A DNA stretch of 64,000 bases, from NCBI GenBank assembly GCA_045651665.1, contig JAZRSR010000022.1, positions 17,116-81,115 on the forward strand, written 5' to 3'. Below the pieces are notes generated by a model. The model ran no database searches, had not been told where the DNA came from, and saw only the letters and a program-made list of their open reading frames with translations. How positions within the stretch are numbered: the first letter of the stretch is position 1; each line of letters begins with the position of its first letter. This DNA is from Christensenellaceae bacterium (GTDB lineage Bacteria; Bacillota; Clostridia; Christensenellales; Borkfalkiaceae). Of this stretch, positions 1-10,101 are shown one piece after another. A program made the translations under genes and the position numbers.

Positions 1-281
1 TTATAACTTCAGATAATCCGCGTTTCGAAGAGCCCTATCAAATAATTTCTGAGATAGAAAGCGGGATTAGAAAAACTAATTTGTCTTACATAACTATTCA
101 AAATAGAGAAATGGCTATAGGTTACGCTTTAACTAAATTAAAAGAGGGCGACACTATGGTTGTTGCGGGCAAAGGAGCGGAGGAATATCAAGAAATTATG
201 GGTGTAAAATTAAAGTTTATTGATAAAGAAATTATAAAAGAAACGATTGCTAAACTTGATTTTAGTGGAGATCTTATTTGA
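1..281 (+). CDS. murE: MurE (UDP-N-acetylmuramoyl-tripeptide synthetase), C-terminal fragment; 5' end lies outside the window
   Basis: The frame is open from nt 3. ITSDNPRFEEP...VVAGKGAEEYQ matches the Mur-ligase C-terminal domain with MurE-type DNPR and GKGHE-like motifs. It lies directly upstream of mraY. Confidence 0.8.
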   Translation, partial: ITSDNPRFEEPYQIISEIESGIRKTNLSYITIQNREMAIGYALTKLKEGDTMVVAGKGAEEYQEIMGVKLKFIDKEIIKETIAKLDFSGDLI

Positions 282-1261
282 AAACGGAAGTTTTTGGTTT
301 TATTGTATCTTCTATAATAACTTTGGTGATAGGTTACGCGTTTTTACCGTTTTTAACAAAACTTAAACTAAAGCAACCGATATTAAAATACGTTTCCGAG
401 CATGAAGGTAAAAGTGGAACTCCAACGATGGGAGGTTTATTTTTTATAATCGGTGCTACGTTTACTTTTTTTATTATTAATAAAAACGATAGTAGGCTTG
501 CTAATTTGACTATCGCTATAACTTTAGGTTTTACGCTGGTGGGTTTTTTTGATGATTATTTGAAAATAAAATATAATCATAACGAAGGGCTAACAGTAAT
601 ACAAAAATTATCTTTTCAGCTTTTAGTTTCTATCATTGCATCTTATTTTGCGTATAGGTCGGGGTTGGATTTTTTATATTTGCCTTTTACAAAGTTGAAG
701 GTAAATTTAGGCTTATACGTTGTTTTTTTGAACGTTTTTGTGTTTGTTGCAACGGTAAATTCGGTAAATTTAACAGATGGGCTTGACGGTTTGTGTGCTT
801 CTGTTAGTTTAATAGTTTTTTTGGCTTTAGCAATTCTTATTTATATTCAATCGCTTAAATTTGAAGCAAATTATATAAATAAAGCCGAATATTCAAGCAT
901 AATTTTATTTTCAATATGTCTTGCCGGCAGTCTGTTTGCCTATTTAGTATTCAATACAAACAAAGCAAGCGTTTTTATGGGTGATACTGGTTCGCTTTCT
1001 TTGGGCGGAGCAATATCAACTATTTCAGTATTGAGTGGTAACACGTTATTTATTCCTATAATAGGTGTGTGTTATCTTCTTTCTTCGGTTTCAGTTATAA
1101 TTCAGGTTTTGTATTACAAAAAAACTAAAAAAAGGGTGTTTTTAATGGCGCCTATTCATCATCACTTTCAAGAAAAAGGTTATAGTGAAGGTAAAATATC
1201 TTACGTTTATTCATTCGTAACTATAATTTTATCGTTGATTTCTATCGTTGTTTTTATTTAG
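278..1261 (+). CDS. mraY: Phospho-N-acetylmuramoyl-pentapeptide transferase MraY
   Basis: Polytopic membrane ORF with MraY motifs NLTDGLDGL, MGDTGSLSLGG and APIHHHF. TTG start at 278 follows GTGGAG and overlaps the murE stop. Confidence 0.95.
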   Translation: MKTEVFGFIVSSIITLVIGYAFLPFLTKLKLKQPILKYVSEHEGKSGTPTMGGLFFIIGATFTFFIINKNDSRLANLTIAITLGFTLVGFFDDYLKIKYNHNEGLTVIQKLSFQLLVSIIASYFAYRSGLDFLYLPFTKLKVNLGLYVVFLNVFVFVATVNSVNLTDGLDGLCASVSLIVFLALAILIYIQSLKFEANYINKAEYSSIILFSICLAGSLFAYLVFNTNKASVFMGDTGSLSLGGAISTISVLSGNTLFIPIIGVCYLLSSVSVIIQVLYYKKTKKRVFLMAPIHHHFQEKGYSEGKISYVYSFVTIILSLISIVVFI

Positions 1262-1268
1262 GAGATAT

Positions 1269-2609
1269 ATGTATTATAAAAATCAAACGTTTTTAGTTGC
1301 AGGTTTGCAAAAAAGTGGTTTTGCGTCGGCAGAATTTTTGCTAGGGAAAAACGCAAAAGTTTATATTTACGATATGAGAAAAAATCAAAACGTTACTTCA
1401 AATAGGGAAAAACTTATAAAAAAAGGAGCGATAAATCTTGAAAATTACGAAGGAGCGACTGAATTTTGCGACGTTTTAGTAATAAGCCCTGGCGTTCCTA
1501 TTGATAGTGAATTGTGTAGAATATTCAAAACGGCTAATAAACGTATTATTGGCGAAATTGAACTTGGTTACTTAAATACCGTAACGCCGATAATAGCGGT
1601 TACTGGAACTAACGGTAAAACTACGGTGTGCAATATGATACATAACGCTTTGAAGGAAAATTCCGTTTCGAGCGAACTTTTGGGCAACGTTGGAATTCCG
1701 CTTATAAGTAAAGTTAGCGAGGTTAATAAAAAAGAAGTATGCGTTTTAGAAGTATCAAGTTTTCAACTTGAAACAACCTATTTATTTTGTCCGCACATTT
1801 CGGTGATTTTGAACGTTACGCCCGACCATTTGGATAGGCATTATACGTTTGAAAACTACGCTTTAGTTAAAAGTAAAATAGTTATTCCGCTTAAAGAAAG
1901 TGAATATGCGGTTCTTAATTACGATGATGAAAAAGTAAGGGAGTTTGCAAATATAACTAAGGCGCAAAAGTTATGGTTTTCAACTTCTTGTAAAGTAAAG
2001 GGAGCGTACGTTTTTGAAGATAAAATATATTATTGCGACGAACCTATAATGAGCGTTGAAGATTTAGCGTTAAAGGAAACGCATAACGTTGAAAACGCGC
2101 TTGCTTGTATTTGCGTTCTCAAAGCGTTAGGTGTTGAAACTTCGGGAATAGTAAAATCACTTAAAGGTTTTGAAGGTTTATCGCATAGATATAAGACTGT
2201 TGGCGTGGTAAATGGAGTAACGTTTATAAACGATAGTAAATCAACTAATCAAGCGAGCGCTGTAAAAGCGGTTGAAAATTTATATAAACCTACCGTATTA
2301 ATATTGGGAGGGGAGGATAAAGGGTTAGATTATACTGAATTGTTTGCTAAAATTAAACGTTCAAAATTCGTAAAGCAAACGGTAATTACTGGTAAGTCTA
2401 GTAAATATATGGTGGACTATGCTGTAAAGGAAGAAGTTGATAACGTTACCGTTGTAAAGGGATTTGAAAACGCCGTTAAAACGGCTTATAAACTTGCGTT
2501 TGACGGAGACAACGTTTTATTGACGCCTGCAACTTCAAGTTTTGATGAGTTCACTAGTTATGAAGAAAGGGGAGATAAGTTTGCTCAAATCGTTGAATCC
2601 TTCAAATAA
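1269..2609 (+). CDS. murD: UDP-N-acetylmuramoylalanine--D-glutamate ligase MurD
   Basis: Mur-ligase P-loop GTNGKTT and NDSKSTN motif. ATG 1269 is preceded by GGAG, whereas the ORF-track start at 1248 overlaps mraY. Confidence 0.93.
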   Translation: MYYKNQTFLVAGLQKSGFASAEFLLGKNAKVYIYDMRKNQNVTSNREKLIKKGAINLENYEGATEFCDVLVISPGVPIDSELCRIFKTANKRIIGEIELGYLNTVTPIIAVTGTNGKTTVCNMIHNALKENSVSSELLGNVGIPLISKVSEVNKKEVCVLEVSSFQLETTYLFCPHISVILNVTPDHLDRHYTFENYALVKSKIVIPLKESEYAVLNYDDEKVREFANITKAQKLWFSTSCKVKGAYVFEDKIYYCDEPIMSVEDLALKETHNVENALACICVLKALGVETSGIVKSLKGFEGLSHRYKTVGVVNGVTFINDSKSTNQASAVKAVENLYKPTVLILGGEDKGLDYTELFAKIKRSKFVKQTVITGKSSKYMVDYAVKEEVDNVTVVKGFENAVKTAYKLAFDGDNVLLTPATSSFDEFTSYEERGDKFAQIVESFK

Positions 2610-3693
2610 GACTCGAGGAGATGTTTTTATTCCAATATCGGTAGTTTTAATATCAATTTTTGGTATTTTAATGATTTATTCGGCGTCAAACTACCAAGCG
2701 GAAATAACTTATGGGGATAAATTCTATTTTGTAAAAAAGCAGGCAATAGGCTTTTTATTAGGGATAGCATCAATGGTACTCATCTCTTTTGTCGACTATA
2801 AGACGATAGCAAAATTTAGATACCTTTTAATTGGATTATCCTTTTTATTGCTCGCATTGGTTTTTACTCCGCTTGGTGTTGAAAACTACGGTGCAAAACG
2901 CTGGATAGGGATTGGTTCAGTTACGATACAGCCGTCTGAAATAGCAAAGTTTTCCTTTGTTATTTTTACGGCTGGTTATTTTGCGAAAACTCCGCGTAGA
3001 GCAATCACTTTTAGTGGGATTCTTCCGGTGGTTTTAATTGGCGCTATCACTTGTTTGCTTATTATGATAGAGCCGAATATGAGTATTACCGTTTGCGTTG
3101 GCGGATTAATGATTGCTATGCTTTTTGTTTCCGGTATGAAAAAACGGTATTTATTAGCAATAATAATACCGGCATTGATTGCTTTGCTAATATTAATATT
3201 AATTGAGCCGTATAGGCTTAAAAGGCTTATGGCATTTATTAATCCGTGGGCGTCACCAAAAGGTGAAGGGTATCAACTTCTTCAATCTCTTTATGCGCTT
3301 GGAAGCGGTGGTTTTTTTGGTGTTGGGCTATTCAATTCTAGACAAAAATTCAGGTTTTTACCATTTGCTGAAAGTGATTTTATTCTTGCCGTTATAGGTG
3401 AAGAATTAGGGTTCATCGGTGTACTTATATTATTTTGTTTGATGTTTTTTGTTTCGTTTAGGGGATATAAGACGGCAATAAAATGTAAAACTTATCTCGG
3501 ATTTATGATGGCTTTTGGTATAAGCACGGTGTTTACGTTGCAAGTTCTTATTAATGCGCTCGTTGTTACTGGGAGTATTCCGCCAACGGGGTTACCGCTA
3601 CCTTTTGTTAGTTGTGGAAATACGTCGCTTATCGTTTTTATGGCTGCTTTTGGTTTGCTTTATAAAATTTCTAAAGACGTTGAAAAAATTTAA
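2581..3693 (+). CDS. ftsW: SEDS-family peptidoglycan polymerase FtsW/SpoVE
   Basis: Protein with about 10 TM segments and SEDS motifs (QPSEIAKF, GLPLPFVSCGNTS). TTG 2581 has AAAGGGGAG 6 nt upstream, so the ORF-track start at 2542 is less likely. Confidence 0.88.
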   Translation: MLKSLNPSNKTRGDVFIPISVVLISIFGILMIYSASNYQAEITYGDKFYFVKKQAIGFLLGIASMVLISFVDYKTIAKFRYLLIGLSFLLLALVFTPLGVENYGAKRWIGIGSVTIQPSEIAKFSFVIFTAGYFAKTPRRAITFSGILPVVLIGAITCLLIMIEPNMSITVCVGGLMIAMLFVSGMKKRYLLAIIIPALIALLILILIEPYRLKRLMAFINPWASPKGEGYQLLQSLYALGSGGFFGVGLFNSRQKFRFLPFAESDFILAVIGEELGFIGVLILFCLMFFVSFRGYKTAIKCKTYLGFMMAFGISTVFTLQVLINALVVTGSIPPTGLPLPFVSCGNTSLIVFMAAFGLLYKISKDVEKI

Positions 3694-3748
3694 TTAACCT
3701 ATAAGCGTTTTCTTTCATAGTATGAATATATATCGAAAGGGAGCGTTT

Positions 3749-5002
3749 ATGAATAAACTTATTATTAACGGACAGAATAAACTCTACGGCAAAGTCGAAG
3801 TTATGAGTGCAAAAAACGCGTTATTACCGCTAATTGCTTCGTGTGTACTACTTGATTTTGAAGTAGGGTTTTTGAATTGTCCGAAACTTGGTGACGTTTC
3901 GGTTATGCTTGATATAATTAAATGTATGGGCGGTAAATATAGATATGATGGAGATACGCTTTACGTTGATTGCTCTTCATTGTATATTCCTGAACTTCCT
4001 TGTGAATTATCAAAAAAAATAAGAGCGTCGATATTTTTACTTGGTCCGCTTATTGCAAGATTTAGAAGGGTGTCCGCAGTAACGCCTGGTGGTTGCAATT
4101 TTGGAGAAAGACCTATTGATATTCATCTTGAAGGGCTTAAACAATTAGGTGTGGAAATATCCGGCAAAGAAAATTTATATCTAAGGGCAGATAAACTCGT
4201 AGGCAATAAAATACGTCTACCATATCCAAGTGTTGGAGTAACTGAAAACTTAATTATGGCATCGTGCTTGGCGGACGGCGAAACTCTGATAACGAACGTT
4301 GCAAAAGAGCCGGAGATTGTTTGCTTATGTAATTTTCTCAATAAATTAGGGGCGAAAATAGTTGGCGCTGGTACGTCTAAAATCTGCGTTCAAGGCGTTA
4401 AGAAACTTACTAAAAATTTTGCATATTACAAGCCTATAAGCGATAGAATTGAAGTTGGCACGTATTTGCTCGCAACCTTAAATACGGGAGGGGAAATAGA
4501 GATAAACGGCGCTAATTTTTTACATAACGTATCTTTAATTAAAAAAATTTATAATAACACTTGCAAATTGACCTTTGAAAGTGATAAAATATATCTAAAG
4601 TGTTGCGGGGTGGGAAGTTCTCTCGGTTATATTAAAACTGCGCCTTATCCGGGGTTTCCAACCGATCTTCAATCTCCCATAGTTGCTTACGCTTGTTCTC
4701 TTAACGGAACAACCGTAGTAGAAGAAACTGTTTTCAAAAACAGGTTTTCAATAATACCGGAACTAAAAAAGATGAACGCCGATATAATTATTAAAGGCGC
4801 AAAAGCGGTTATTAACGGTAGGGGAAGGCTGAACGGGGCAATCCTTAACGCCAACGATTTGCGTAGTGGAGCGGGGCTTATAATTTCTGCTTTAGGCGCT
4901 GAAGGCGTAAGTGAAATCGTTGGGCTTGATATAATCGAGCGGGGATATTTTGATATTGATAAAAAATTACGTATGCTTGGAGCGGACGTAACTAAAGGAT
5001 AA
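3749..5002 (+). CDS. murA: UDP-N-acetylglucosamine 1-carboxyvinyltransferase MurA
   Basis: Full-length similarity to MurA, with the active-site loop PGGCNFGERPIDIH (Cys retained). ATG 3749 follows GGGAG. Confidence 0.93.
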   Translation: MNKLIINGQNKLYGKVEVMSAKNALLPLIASCVLLDFEVGFLNCPKLGDVSVMLDIIKCMGGKYRYDGDTLYVDCSSLYIPELPCELSKKIRASIFLLGPLIARFRRVSAVTPGGCNFGERPIDIHLEGLKQLGVEISGKENLYLRADKLVGNKIRLPYPSVGVTENLIMASCLADGETLITNVAKEPEIVCLCNFLNKLGAKIVGAGTSKICVQGVKKLTKNFAYYKPISDRIEVGTYLLATLNTGGEIEINGANFLHNVSLIKKIYNNTCKLTFESDKIYLKCCGVGSSLGYIKTAPYPGFPTDLQSPIVAYACSLNGTTVVEETVFKNRFSIIPELKKMNADIIIKGAKAVINGRGRLNGAILNANDLRSGAGLIISALGAEGVSEIVGLDIIERGYFDIDKKLRMLGADVTKG

Positions 5003-5007
5003 AGATT

Positions 5008-5775
5008 ATGAAGTACAAAAAATTGCTTGTTTTAATGACTTGTTTACTGTTTGTTACGGTAGCAATTTTTTGTTTTGCATCTGCGTTTAAGATAACTGAC
5101 GTTGAACTTAATTACAACGTTATAACAGGCTCTAATGAAAAAATTGACGAAAAATGTTCGGAATATTTAGAAAGTTGCAAAGATAAAAATTTGGTGTTGT
5201 TAAACGTTGATAAAGTTAAAGAAGAACTTTCTTCTTTGTCTGGTTACGTTGACGTTGTTTCGGTTGATAAGGTGTATCCAAATAAACTTTCGGTAACTAT
5301 ATTCGAGCGTCCTGAAGCCTTTTCAATAGCCGTTGGCGACGGGTATTATTCGTTAGATTCTAATCTTAACGTGTTAGCGCAAAAAACCGACGCGAAAAAT
5401 AACGTATTCGGGTACGATAACGTTGTTCTTGAATTAAATCCCGCAGATTTTGACGTTAATTTGAAAGTTGGTAAACGTTTGGTTATGCGTGATTTAGAAA
5501 CAGACTCATACCTTAAACTTTCATCAACTTTAATCTATTCAATGCGAGATAATTTAGTTAAGGTGTCTGTTACTACGAAGAAAGATGGAGTTAAGTATAA
5601 AACTCTAACGCTACATATGCGTGAAGGCGTTACTTTTACTATTCTTAAGGCAAATGAGATGACGTTAGAAAAACTACAAAAAACGTTTGATTTTTATAAA
5701 GATTTGTCTAACAAAGGTTACGGGGAATATATAACTGTACTTGAAGATAGTGGAAATATAACTATAAAACAATAA
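5008..5775 (+). CDS. ftsQ: Cell division protein FtsQ/DivIB-like (N-terminal TM plus POTRA-like region)
   Basis: Single N-terminal TM helix followed by an FKITDVEL... POTRA-like start. It sits between the cell-wall genes and ftsA/ftsZ. Confidence 0.7.
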   Translation: MKYKKLLVLMTCLLFVTVAIFCFASAFKITDVELNYNVITGSNEKIDEKCSEYLESCKDKNLVLLNVDKVKEELSSLSGYVDVVSVDKVYPNKLSVTIFERPEAFSIAVGDGYYSLDSNLNVLAQKTDAKNNVFGYDNVVLELNPADFDVNLKVGKRLVMRDLETDSYLKLSSTLIYSMRDNLVKVSVTTKKDGVKYKTLTLHMREGVTFTILKANEMTLEKLQKTFDFYKDLSNKGYGEYITVLEDSGNITIKQ

Positions 5776-5784
5776 AATTAAAAA

Positions 5785-5820
5785 AACCGTCGTTGTCAGT
5801 CTTGACAAGGCGGTTTATTT
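5785..5820 (+). terminator. Intrinsic-terminator-like hairpin after ftsQ
   Basis: AACCGTC(G)TTGTCA-GTCT-TGACAAGGCGGTT stem-loop followed by TATTT. Confidence 0.5.
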
Positions 5821-5830
5821 ATATTAAAAT
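5802..5830 (+). promoter_or_regulatory. Sigma-A-type promoter for ftsA-ftsZ
   Basis: TTGACA (5802-5807), a 17-nt spacer, then TAAAAT (5825-5830). The -35 lies in the descending arm of the ftsQ terminator hairpin. Confidence 0.45.
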
Positions 5831-5861
5831 ATATTATATAAATAATATATGTAGGGTAATT

Positions 5862-7010
5862 ATGTTTAACGATTGCGTAGCAACACTTAATATCGGCTCG
5901 GCTGACGTTACGCTTACCGTCGCTGAAAGAAGCGTTAACGGTGCGTTCTTTTTCCGTGCAACTGAATCGGTTAAATACTACTCGTATTTTGACGGGGAGT
6001 TTTATGATATTAAAGAGCTTGAATCAAAGATAATTAAACTTTTTACAGATCTTTTTAATAATAGTGACGTTTCTAAGATTTCAACCGTCTACGTTGGCGT
6101 GCCTGGTGAATTTTCAAAAGTTATTTCAAAGAATTATAAGATTACTTTCGGTAAACCCAAAAAGATCACGCAAGCGGACGTTAGTTATCTTTATGATACT
6201 GCTTTTCAAGATGATGATACTGAATATAAACTCGTTCATCGTTCTGCGGTATATTTCGTGCTTGATAATTATAAAACGCACGAACCAATTGGTAAAAAAA
6301 CAATTTCCCTTTCGGCAAGGGTATCGTACGGGCTTGCAATCAATCATTTCGTTGAAGTTATAAATTCAATTCTTAAAAAGTCGGGTGTGTCAGAAGTTAA
6401 ATACGTTTTGCAAGAATATGCCGATACAAGATATTTGTTCACCCTTTCCGAGCGTGACGCTTGTAAACTTTTAATAAACGTTGGATATTCAACTTCATCG
6501 CTTTCAATCGTTTGTGGGGACGGGTTGTTGCACAGTAAATCTTTCCCGCTTGGCGGTGGTATGATTTCGGCATATCTTTCCGATGGGTTAGAATGTGAAT
6601 ATGAAGTAGCGGAAATGTTAAAGGATAAGTTGAATTTAGGTCTTAACGATAATCCTACCGCTAAATATATCGTTTCTCATCAAGAGTTTGGAGAATTTAG
6701 TTTTCCAAGAGCCAAGAGTAACGAGATTGCAAAATCCGTACTTGACAGTATTGCTGAAAATTGTGATAAGGCAGTTTCTTCTTGTTCTTTGAAAGTTCCT
6801 AGCGATATAGATATTGCGTTTACTGGCGAAGGTATCGCCACCGTAAAAGGTGCCGTTGAATATATGGCGAGTAGATTAGGGGTTTTCCCAAACGTTATTT
6901 CGCCTAGAGTTCCGCATTATAACAAACCCAATTTTACGTCGCGTCTTGCACTTATAGACACGGCTCTTGACTTAACCAAAAACAAGTTGTTTTTTATAAC
7001 GACGAAGTAA
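5862..7010 (+). CDS. ftsA: FtsA-like actin-fold cell division protein (divergent)
   Basis: LNIGSADVT phosphate-loop-like N-terminus and FPLGGG motif, immediately upstream of ftsZ. ATG 5862 lies downstream of a predicted promoter; the ORF-track start at 5793 lies inside a terminator hairpin. Confidence 0.7.
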   Translation: MFNDCVATLNIGSADVTLTVAERSVNGAFFFRATESVKYYSYFDGEFYDIKELESKIIKLFTDLFNNSDVSKISTVYVGVPGEFSKVISKNYKITFGKPKKITQADVSYLYDTAFQDDDTEYKLVHRSAVYFVLDNYKTHEPIGKKTISLSARVSYGLAINHFVEVINSILKKSGVSEVKYVLQEYADTRYLFTLSERDACKLLINVGYSTSSLSIVCGDGLLHSKSFPLGGGMISAYLSDGLECEYEVAEMLKDKLNLGLNDNPTAKYIVSHQEFGEFSFPRAKSNEIAKSVLDSIAENCDKAVSSCSLKVPSDIDIAFTGEGIATVKGAVEYMASRLGVFPNVISPRVPHYNKPNFTSRLALIDTALDLTKNKLFFITTK

Positions 7011-7020
7011 AGGAGATACT

Positions 7021-8202
7021 ATGTTTGACGAAACAATGATCAATCACGTTTGCAAAATCAAAGTAATAGGTGTTGGCGGTGGTGGTAACAATGCCGTTAA
7101 CCGTATGATAGACGCTGGTATTCAAAGTGCTGAATTCGTTTCAGTTAATACTGACGTACAGGCGCTTATGCACTCAAAAGCAGACCCACAAAACCGTATC
7201 CAAATAGGTAAAGAACTTACTGAAGGTTTAGGTGCCGGCTCTTATCCCGAAGTTGGCGAAAAAGCAGCCGAAGAAAGTAGGGCGGACCTTGAAAAATTAG
7301 TGGAAGGCGTAAACTTGCTCTTTATAACCGCTGGTATGGGCGGTGGTACGGGTACTGGCGCTGCGCCGGTTATTGCAAAGATTGCCAAAGAAAAGGGTTG
7401 TGTTACCGTAGCGGTAGTTACAAAGCCGTTTGCTTTTGAAGGTAAAAAGCGTGAAGAAAACGCAAAAAAGGGTATAGCTAATCTTGCTAAATTCGTTGAT
7501 ACGCTTATCGTTATACCAAACGATAAACTTCTTGATTCTCTTCCGAAGAATACTCCTATGGAAGAAGCGTTAAGACGTGCGGATGACAACCTTAAACACG
7601 CAATTTGCGGTATTTCTGATCTTATTACCGTTCCTGCTCTTATTAATCTTGACTTTGCTGACGTTAGAACCATTATTAAAGGTCAAGGTTTAGCGCATAT
7701 GGGTATTGGTAGAGCAAGGGGTGAAAATAGGATTGTTGAAGCGGTAAGGCAAGCGGTATCTTCTCCCATGCTTGAAACAACTATTGAAGGCGCGCGTGGT
7801 ATTATTCTTAATATAACGGGTGGTGAAGGCGATTTGTCTATTGGTGACGTTAGCGAAGCCGCTAATTTAATTCACGGTGTAATAGATTATTCGGCTAACC
7901 TTATTTTCGGCGCTAACACGCTTCCTGAACTTAAAGACGAAGTGGTTATAACAATAATTGCAACTGGTTTTACAGGTAGCCACGATAGGCTTATCAATCA
8001 AAAGAAGTTCGTTACCGATAACGTTTCGTTTGAGTCTGTTCAGCCAAGTGTAGAACCTATTGTTCCCGAACAACCAAAAGTTGAGGTTGAACCTCAAAAA
8101 TTCGTTCAAGAACCAGAAGTTAAAGAAGATACGGAAGTTTTAAGTGAAGAACCTAAAAAGGAAATTCCACCTTTCGTTAAGAGATTGTTTGGTAAAAAAT
8201 AA
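7021..8202 (+). CDS. ftsZ: Cell division GTPase FtsZ
   Basis: [13 protein letters not shown] and the tubulin signature [13 protein letters not shown], a P/E-rich linker, and the conserved C-terminal peptide IPPFVKRLF. Confidence 0.98.
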   Translation: MFDETMINHVCKIKVIGVGGGGNNAVNRMIDAGIQSAEFVSVNTDVQALMHSKADPQNRIQIGKELTEGLGAGSYPEVGEKAAEESRADLEKLVEGVNLLFITAGMGGGTGTGAAPVIAKIAKEKGCVTVAVVTKPFAFEGKKREENAKKGIANLAKFVDTLIVIPNDKLLDSLPKNTPMEEALRRADDNLKHAICGISDLITVPALINLDFADVRTIIKGQGLAHMGIGRARGENRIVEAVRQAVSSPMLETTIEGARGIILNITGGEGDLSIGDVSEAANLIHGVIDYSANLIFGANTLPELKDEVVITIIATGFTGSHDRLINQKKFVTDNVSFESVQPSVEPIVPEQPKVEVEPQKFVQEPEVKEDTEVLSEEPKKEIPPFVKRLFGKK

Positions 8203-8211
8203 TAATCAAAA

Positions 8212-8246
8212 ACCCATCGGTAACAATGCCGATGGGTATTATTTTT
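8212..8246 (+). terminator. Intrinsic terminator after ftsZ
   Basis: ACCCATCGG-8 nt-CCGATGGGT stem followed by a T-rich run. Confidence 0.7.
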
Positions 8247-8247
8247 G

Positions 8248-8274
8248 CAAAATAAAAACGGCTTGTTTGCCGTT
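8248..8274 (-). terminator. Intrinsic terminator after spoVG
   Basis: On the minus strand, AACGGC-AAACAA-GCCGTT followed by TTTTATTTT. Confidence 0.6.
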
Positions 8275-8279
8275 AATAT

Positions 8280-8549
8280 TTATTCTGCTTTTGCAACTTC
8301 TTGATTGAATGCTTCAAGAATAAGATCAATGATCATTTTACGAGTTTCGGTATTAATAGGATGAACTATATCCTTATATTCACCATCACTTGCTTTTCTG
8401 CTAGGCATTGCTATAAAATAGCCTTCTTGACCTTCGATTACTTTGATGTCATGAACAACAAAACAATCATCAATAGTCATCGATGCAACCGCTTTTAACT
8501 TGCTGTCTTCCTTTTGTACTAAGCGTACTCTTACGTCTGAGATTTTCAA
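8280..8549 (-). CDS. spoVG: Septation/sporulation regulator SpoVG
   Basis: KISDVRVRL...[21 protein letters not shown]...FIAMPSRK is typical SpoVG. TTG 8549 follows AGGGTGG. The ORF-track ATG at 8600 falls at or upstream of the predicted transcription start. Confidence 0.9.
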   Translation of the reverse strand: MKISDVRVRLVQKEDSKLKAVASMTIDDCFVVHDIKVIEGQEGYFIAMPSRKASDGEYKDIVHPINTETRKMIIDLILEAFNQEVAKAE

Positions 8550-8604
8550 AATTACTACCACCCTTAATTTGTATTCGTTTATATTTTTATATAAACTCAA
8601 TTAA

Positions 8605-8633
8605 ATTATACATTAATATTTGTATAATTTCAA
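8605..8633 (-). promoter_or_regulatory. Sigma-A-type promoter for spoVG
   Basis: Minus strand TTGAAA, a 17-nt spacer with TG at the extended -10 position, then TATAAT. Confidence 0.55.
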
Positions 8634-8748
8634 TACCTTTTTATAAAATTTTTTGCAAAAATATCAATTTTTTACTAAAAAACATTAAAAAACGGGCATT
8701 TTTTGCTTGTTTGCGAATTTTGAAAAATATTTATTCATATGATAAAAT

Positions 8749-10083
8749 ATGAGTAATATAAATAAAAATTTATCCGTCCACTTTATAGGTGTTGGGGGAT
8801 CGGGAATGAGCGCTCTTTGTAAATACTTACTTGCAAAAAATATGTCGGTTAGCGGTAGTGATTTAGTTAAGAGTGAGTCAGTTAATAACCTTATTAGTTT
8901 AGGGTTAAAATTCTATCAAGGTCACGAACATAACGCCGTTGAGTTTTCTGACGTTATAGTTTATTCAAGTGCTATCTCAATAGACAATAAGGAACTTGTA
9001 AGCGCTCGTTCGCTTAATAAGGCGATATACTCAAGAGCGGAACTTTTATCTCTTGTTTTATCAGCGCATAAGCGTTCGATTGGAGTGTCTGGTAGCCACG
9101 GAAAAACTACGACTGCGTCTCTTTTGAATTTTGTTTTAGCAAACGCAGGTATACAAGTCAATTCTTTTATTGGTGGAGAAGATAAGTTTTCAAATGAGTA
9201 TTCGTTCTCGAATAAAAGTGCGGTAGCCGTATCTGAAGTGTGTGAATTTAACAAAAATATTTCTTACGTTTCTTGTGATTACGCCGTTTGTTTGAATATA
9301 GATAACGATCATCTTGATTATTATGGGACTATTGAGAATTTAAGCCGAGAATTTTATTCTTTCTTGGTGCGCGCAAAAAAGAAATTTATTAACCGTGACG
9401 ACGGTTACTTAAAGTCGTTTAAGCTTAAAAACTCCGTTACCTTTGGTATAGAAGAAAAATGTGATTATAAGGCTGTAAACCTTGTAGATAAAGGTGGTTG
9501 TTATTGTTTTGACGTAGAGTTTAAGGGGGAATATTTATTAAGCGTAGATCTTAAAATTCCGGGCAGAGTAAACGTGTATAACGCATTAGCCGTAATTTCC
9601 ATATTAAAAACTTTGTTTAAGATTGAAAACCACGTTATAGAAAGCAGTATAAGTAATTATATGGGTGTAAAGAGAAGGTTTGAATACGTTGGTTGTATAC
9701 GTGGTAAAAGGATAATATGTGATTATGCGCATCATCCTACTGAGATAAGCGCTTTAATAAGCACTGTTAAATCTATATATAATAACGACTATTTATTGGT
9801 TTTTGAACCGCACACGTATTCAAGAACTAAATTATTGTTTAACGCTTTTATAAATGTGTTTGAAAAGGAATACGTTGTGTTATATAAGGAATTTCCCTCG
9901 CGTGAAAGTTATGATTATAAAGGTAGTTCAAAAGCGTTGCATTTGGGCATTAAAAACTCCAAATATTGCGAAAATTTTGATAACTTGCTAGAAATTATTA
10001 AAAACACTAATAAAACAAACGTTATAATAATCGGAGCTGGGGAGCTTTACGAAAAATTTAGTAGAATAAAAAACGGTAACTAA
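8749..10083 (+). CDS. murC: UDP-N-acetylmuramate--L-alanine ligase MurC
   Basis: HFIGVGGSGMSAL N-terminal nucleotide-binding motif and GSHGKTTT P-loop. Mur-ligase length and layout. Confidence 0.9.
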   Translation: MSNINKNLSVHFIGVGGSGMSALCKYLLAKNMSVSGSDLVKSESVNNLISLGLKFYQGHEHNAVEFSDVIVYSSAISIDNKELVSARSLNKAIYSRAELLSLVLSAHKRSIGVSGSHGKTTTASLLNFVLANAGIQVNSFIGGEDKFSNEYSFSNKSAVAVSEVCEFNKNISYVSCDYAVCLNIDNDHLDYYGTIENLSREFYSFLVRAKKKFINRDDGYLKSFKLKNSVTFGIEEKCDYKAVNLVDKGGCYCFDVEFKGEYLLSVDLKIPGRVNVYNALAVISILKTLFKIENHVIESSISNYMGVKRRFEYVGCIRGKRIICDYAHHPTEISALISTVKSIYNNDYLLVFEPHTYSRTKLLFNAFINVFEKEYVVLYKEFPSRESYDYKGSSKALHLGIKNSKYCENFDNLLEIIKNTNKTNVIIIGAGELYEKFSRIKNGN

Positions 10084-10101
10084 GAGTTACCGTTTTGTGT
10101 T

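Noticed and set aside
7242-7673. 143-aa ORF antisense to ftsZ. Similar long antisense or alternative-frame ORFs include 42284-42673 in prmA, 49122-49475 in spoIIIAE, 36558-36893 in the kinase gene, 59251-59553 opposite groES, 39055-39696 in the membrane protein gene, and 3203-3397 and 6064-6363 in alternative frames.
   Set aside because: Each lies entirely inside a gene with strong family signatures on the other strand or in another frame. They lack RBS and promoter signals, and their products are low-complexity or Ser/Ala/Ile-rich mirror translations. They look like shadow ORFs.
8720-8751. A TTGAAA-17-TAAAAT promoter ending 1 nt before the murC ATG, hinting at a leaderless or mis-started murC.
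   Set aside because: A transcription start after this -10 would fall inside the conserved MurC N-terminus, which has no alternative in-frame start before the HFIGVGG motif. An alternative TATGAT -10 could give a leaderless mRNA, but this cannot be decided from sequence alone.
8483-8752. 89-aa ORF spanning the spoVG 5' end and the spoVG-murC intergenic region.
   Set aside because: It is antisense to the SpoVG N-terminus, then runs through AT-rich promoter DNA. The product is Ile/Leu/Phe/Lys low-complexity sequence with no RBS.
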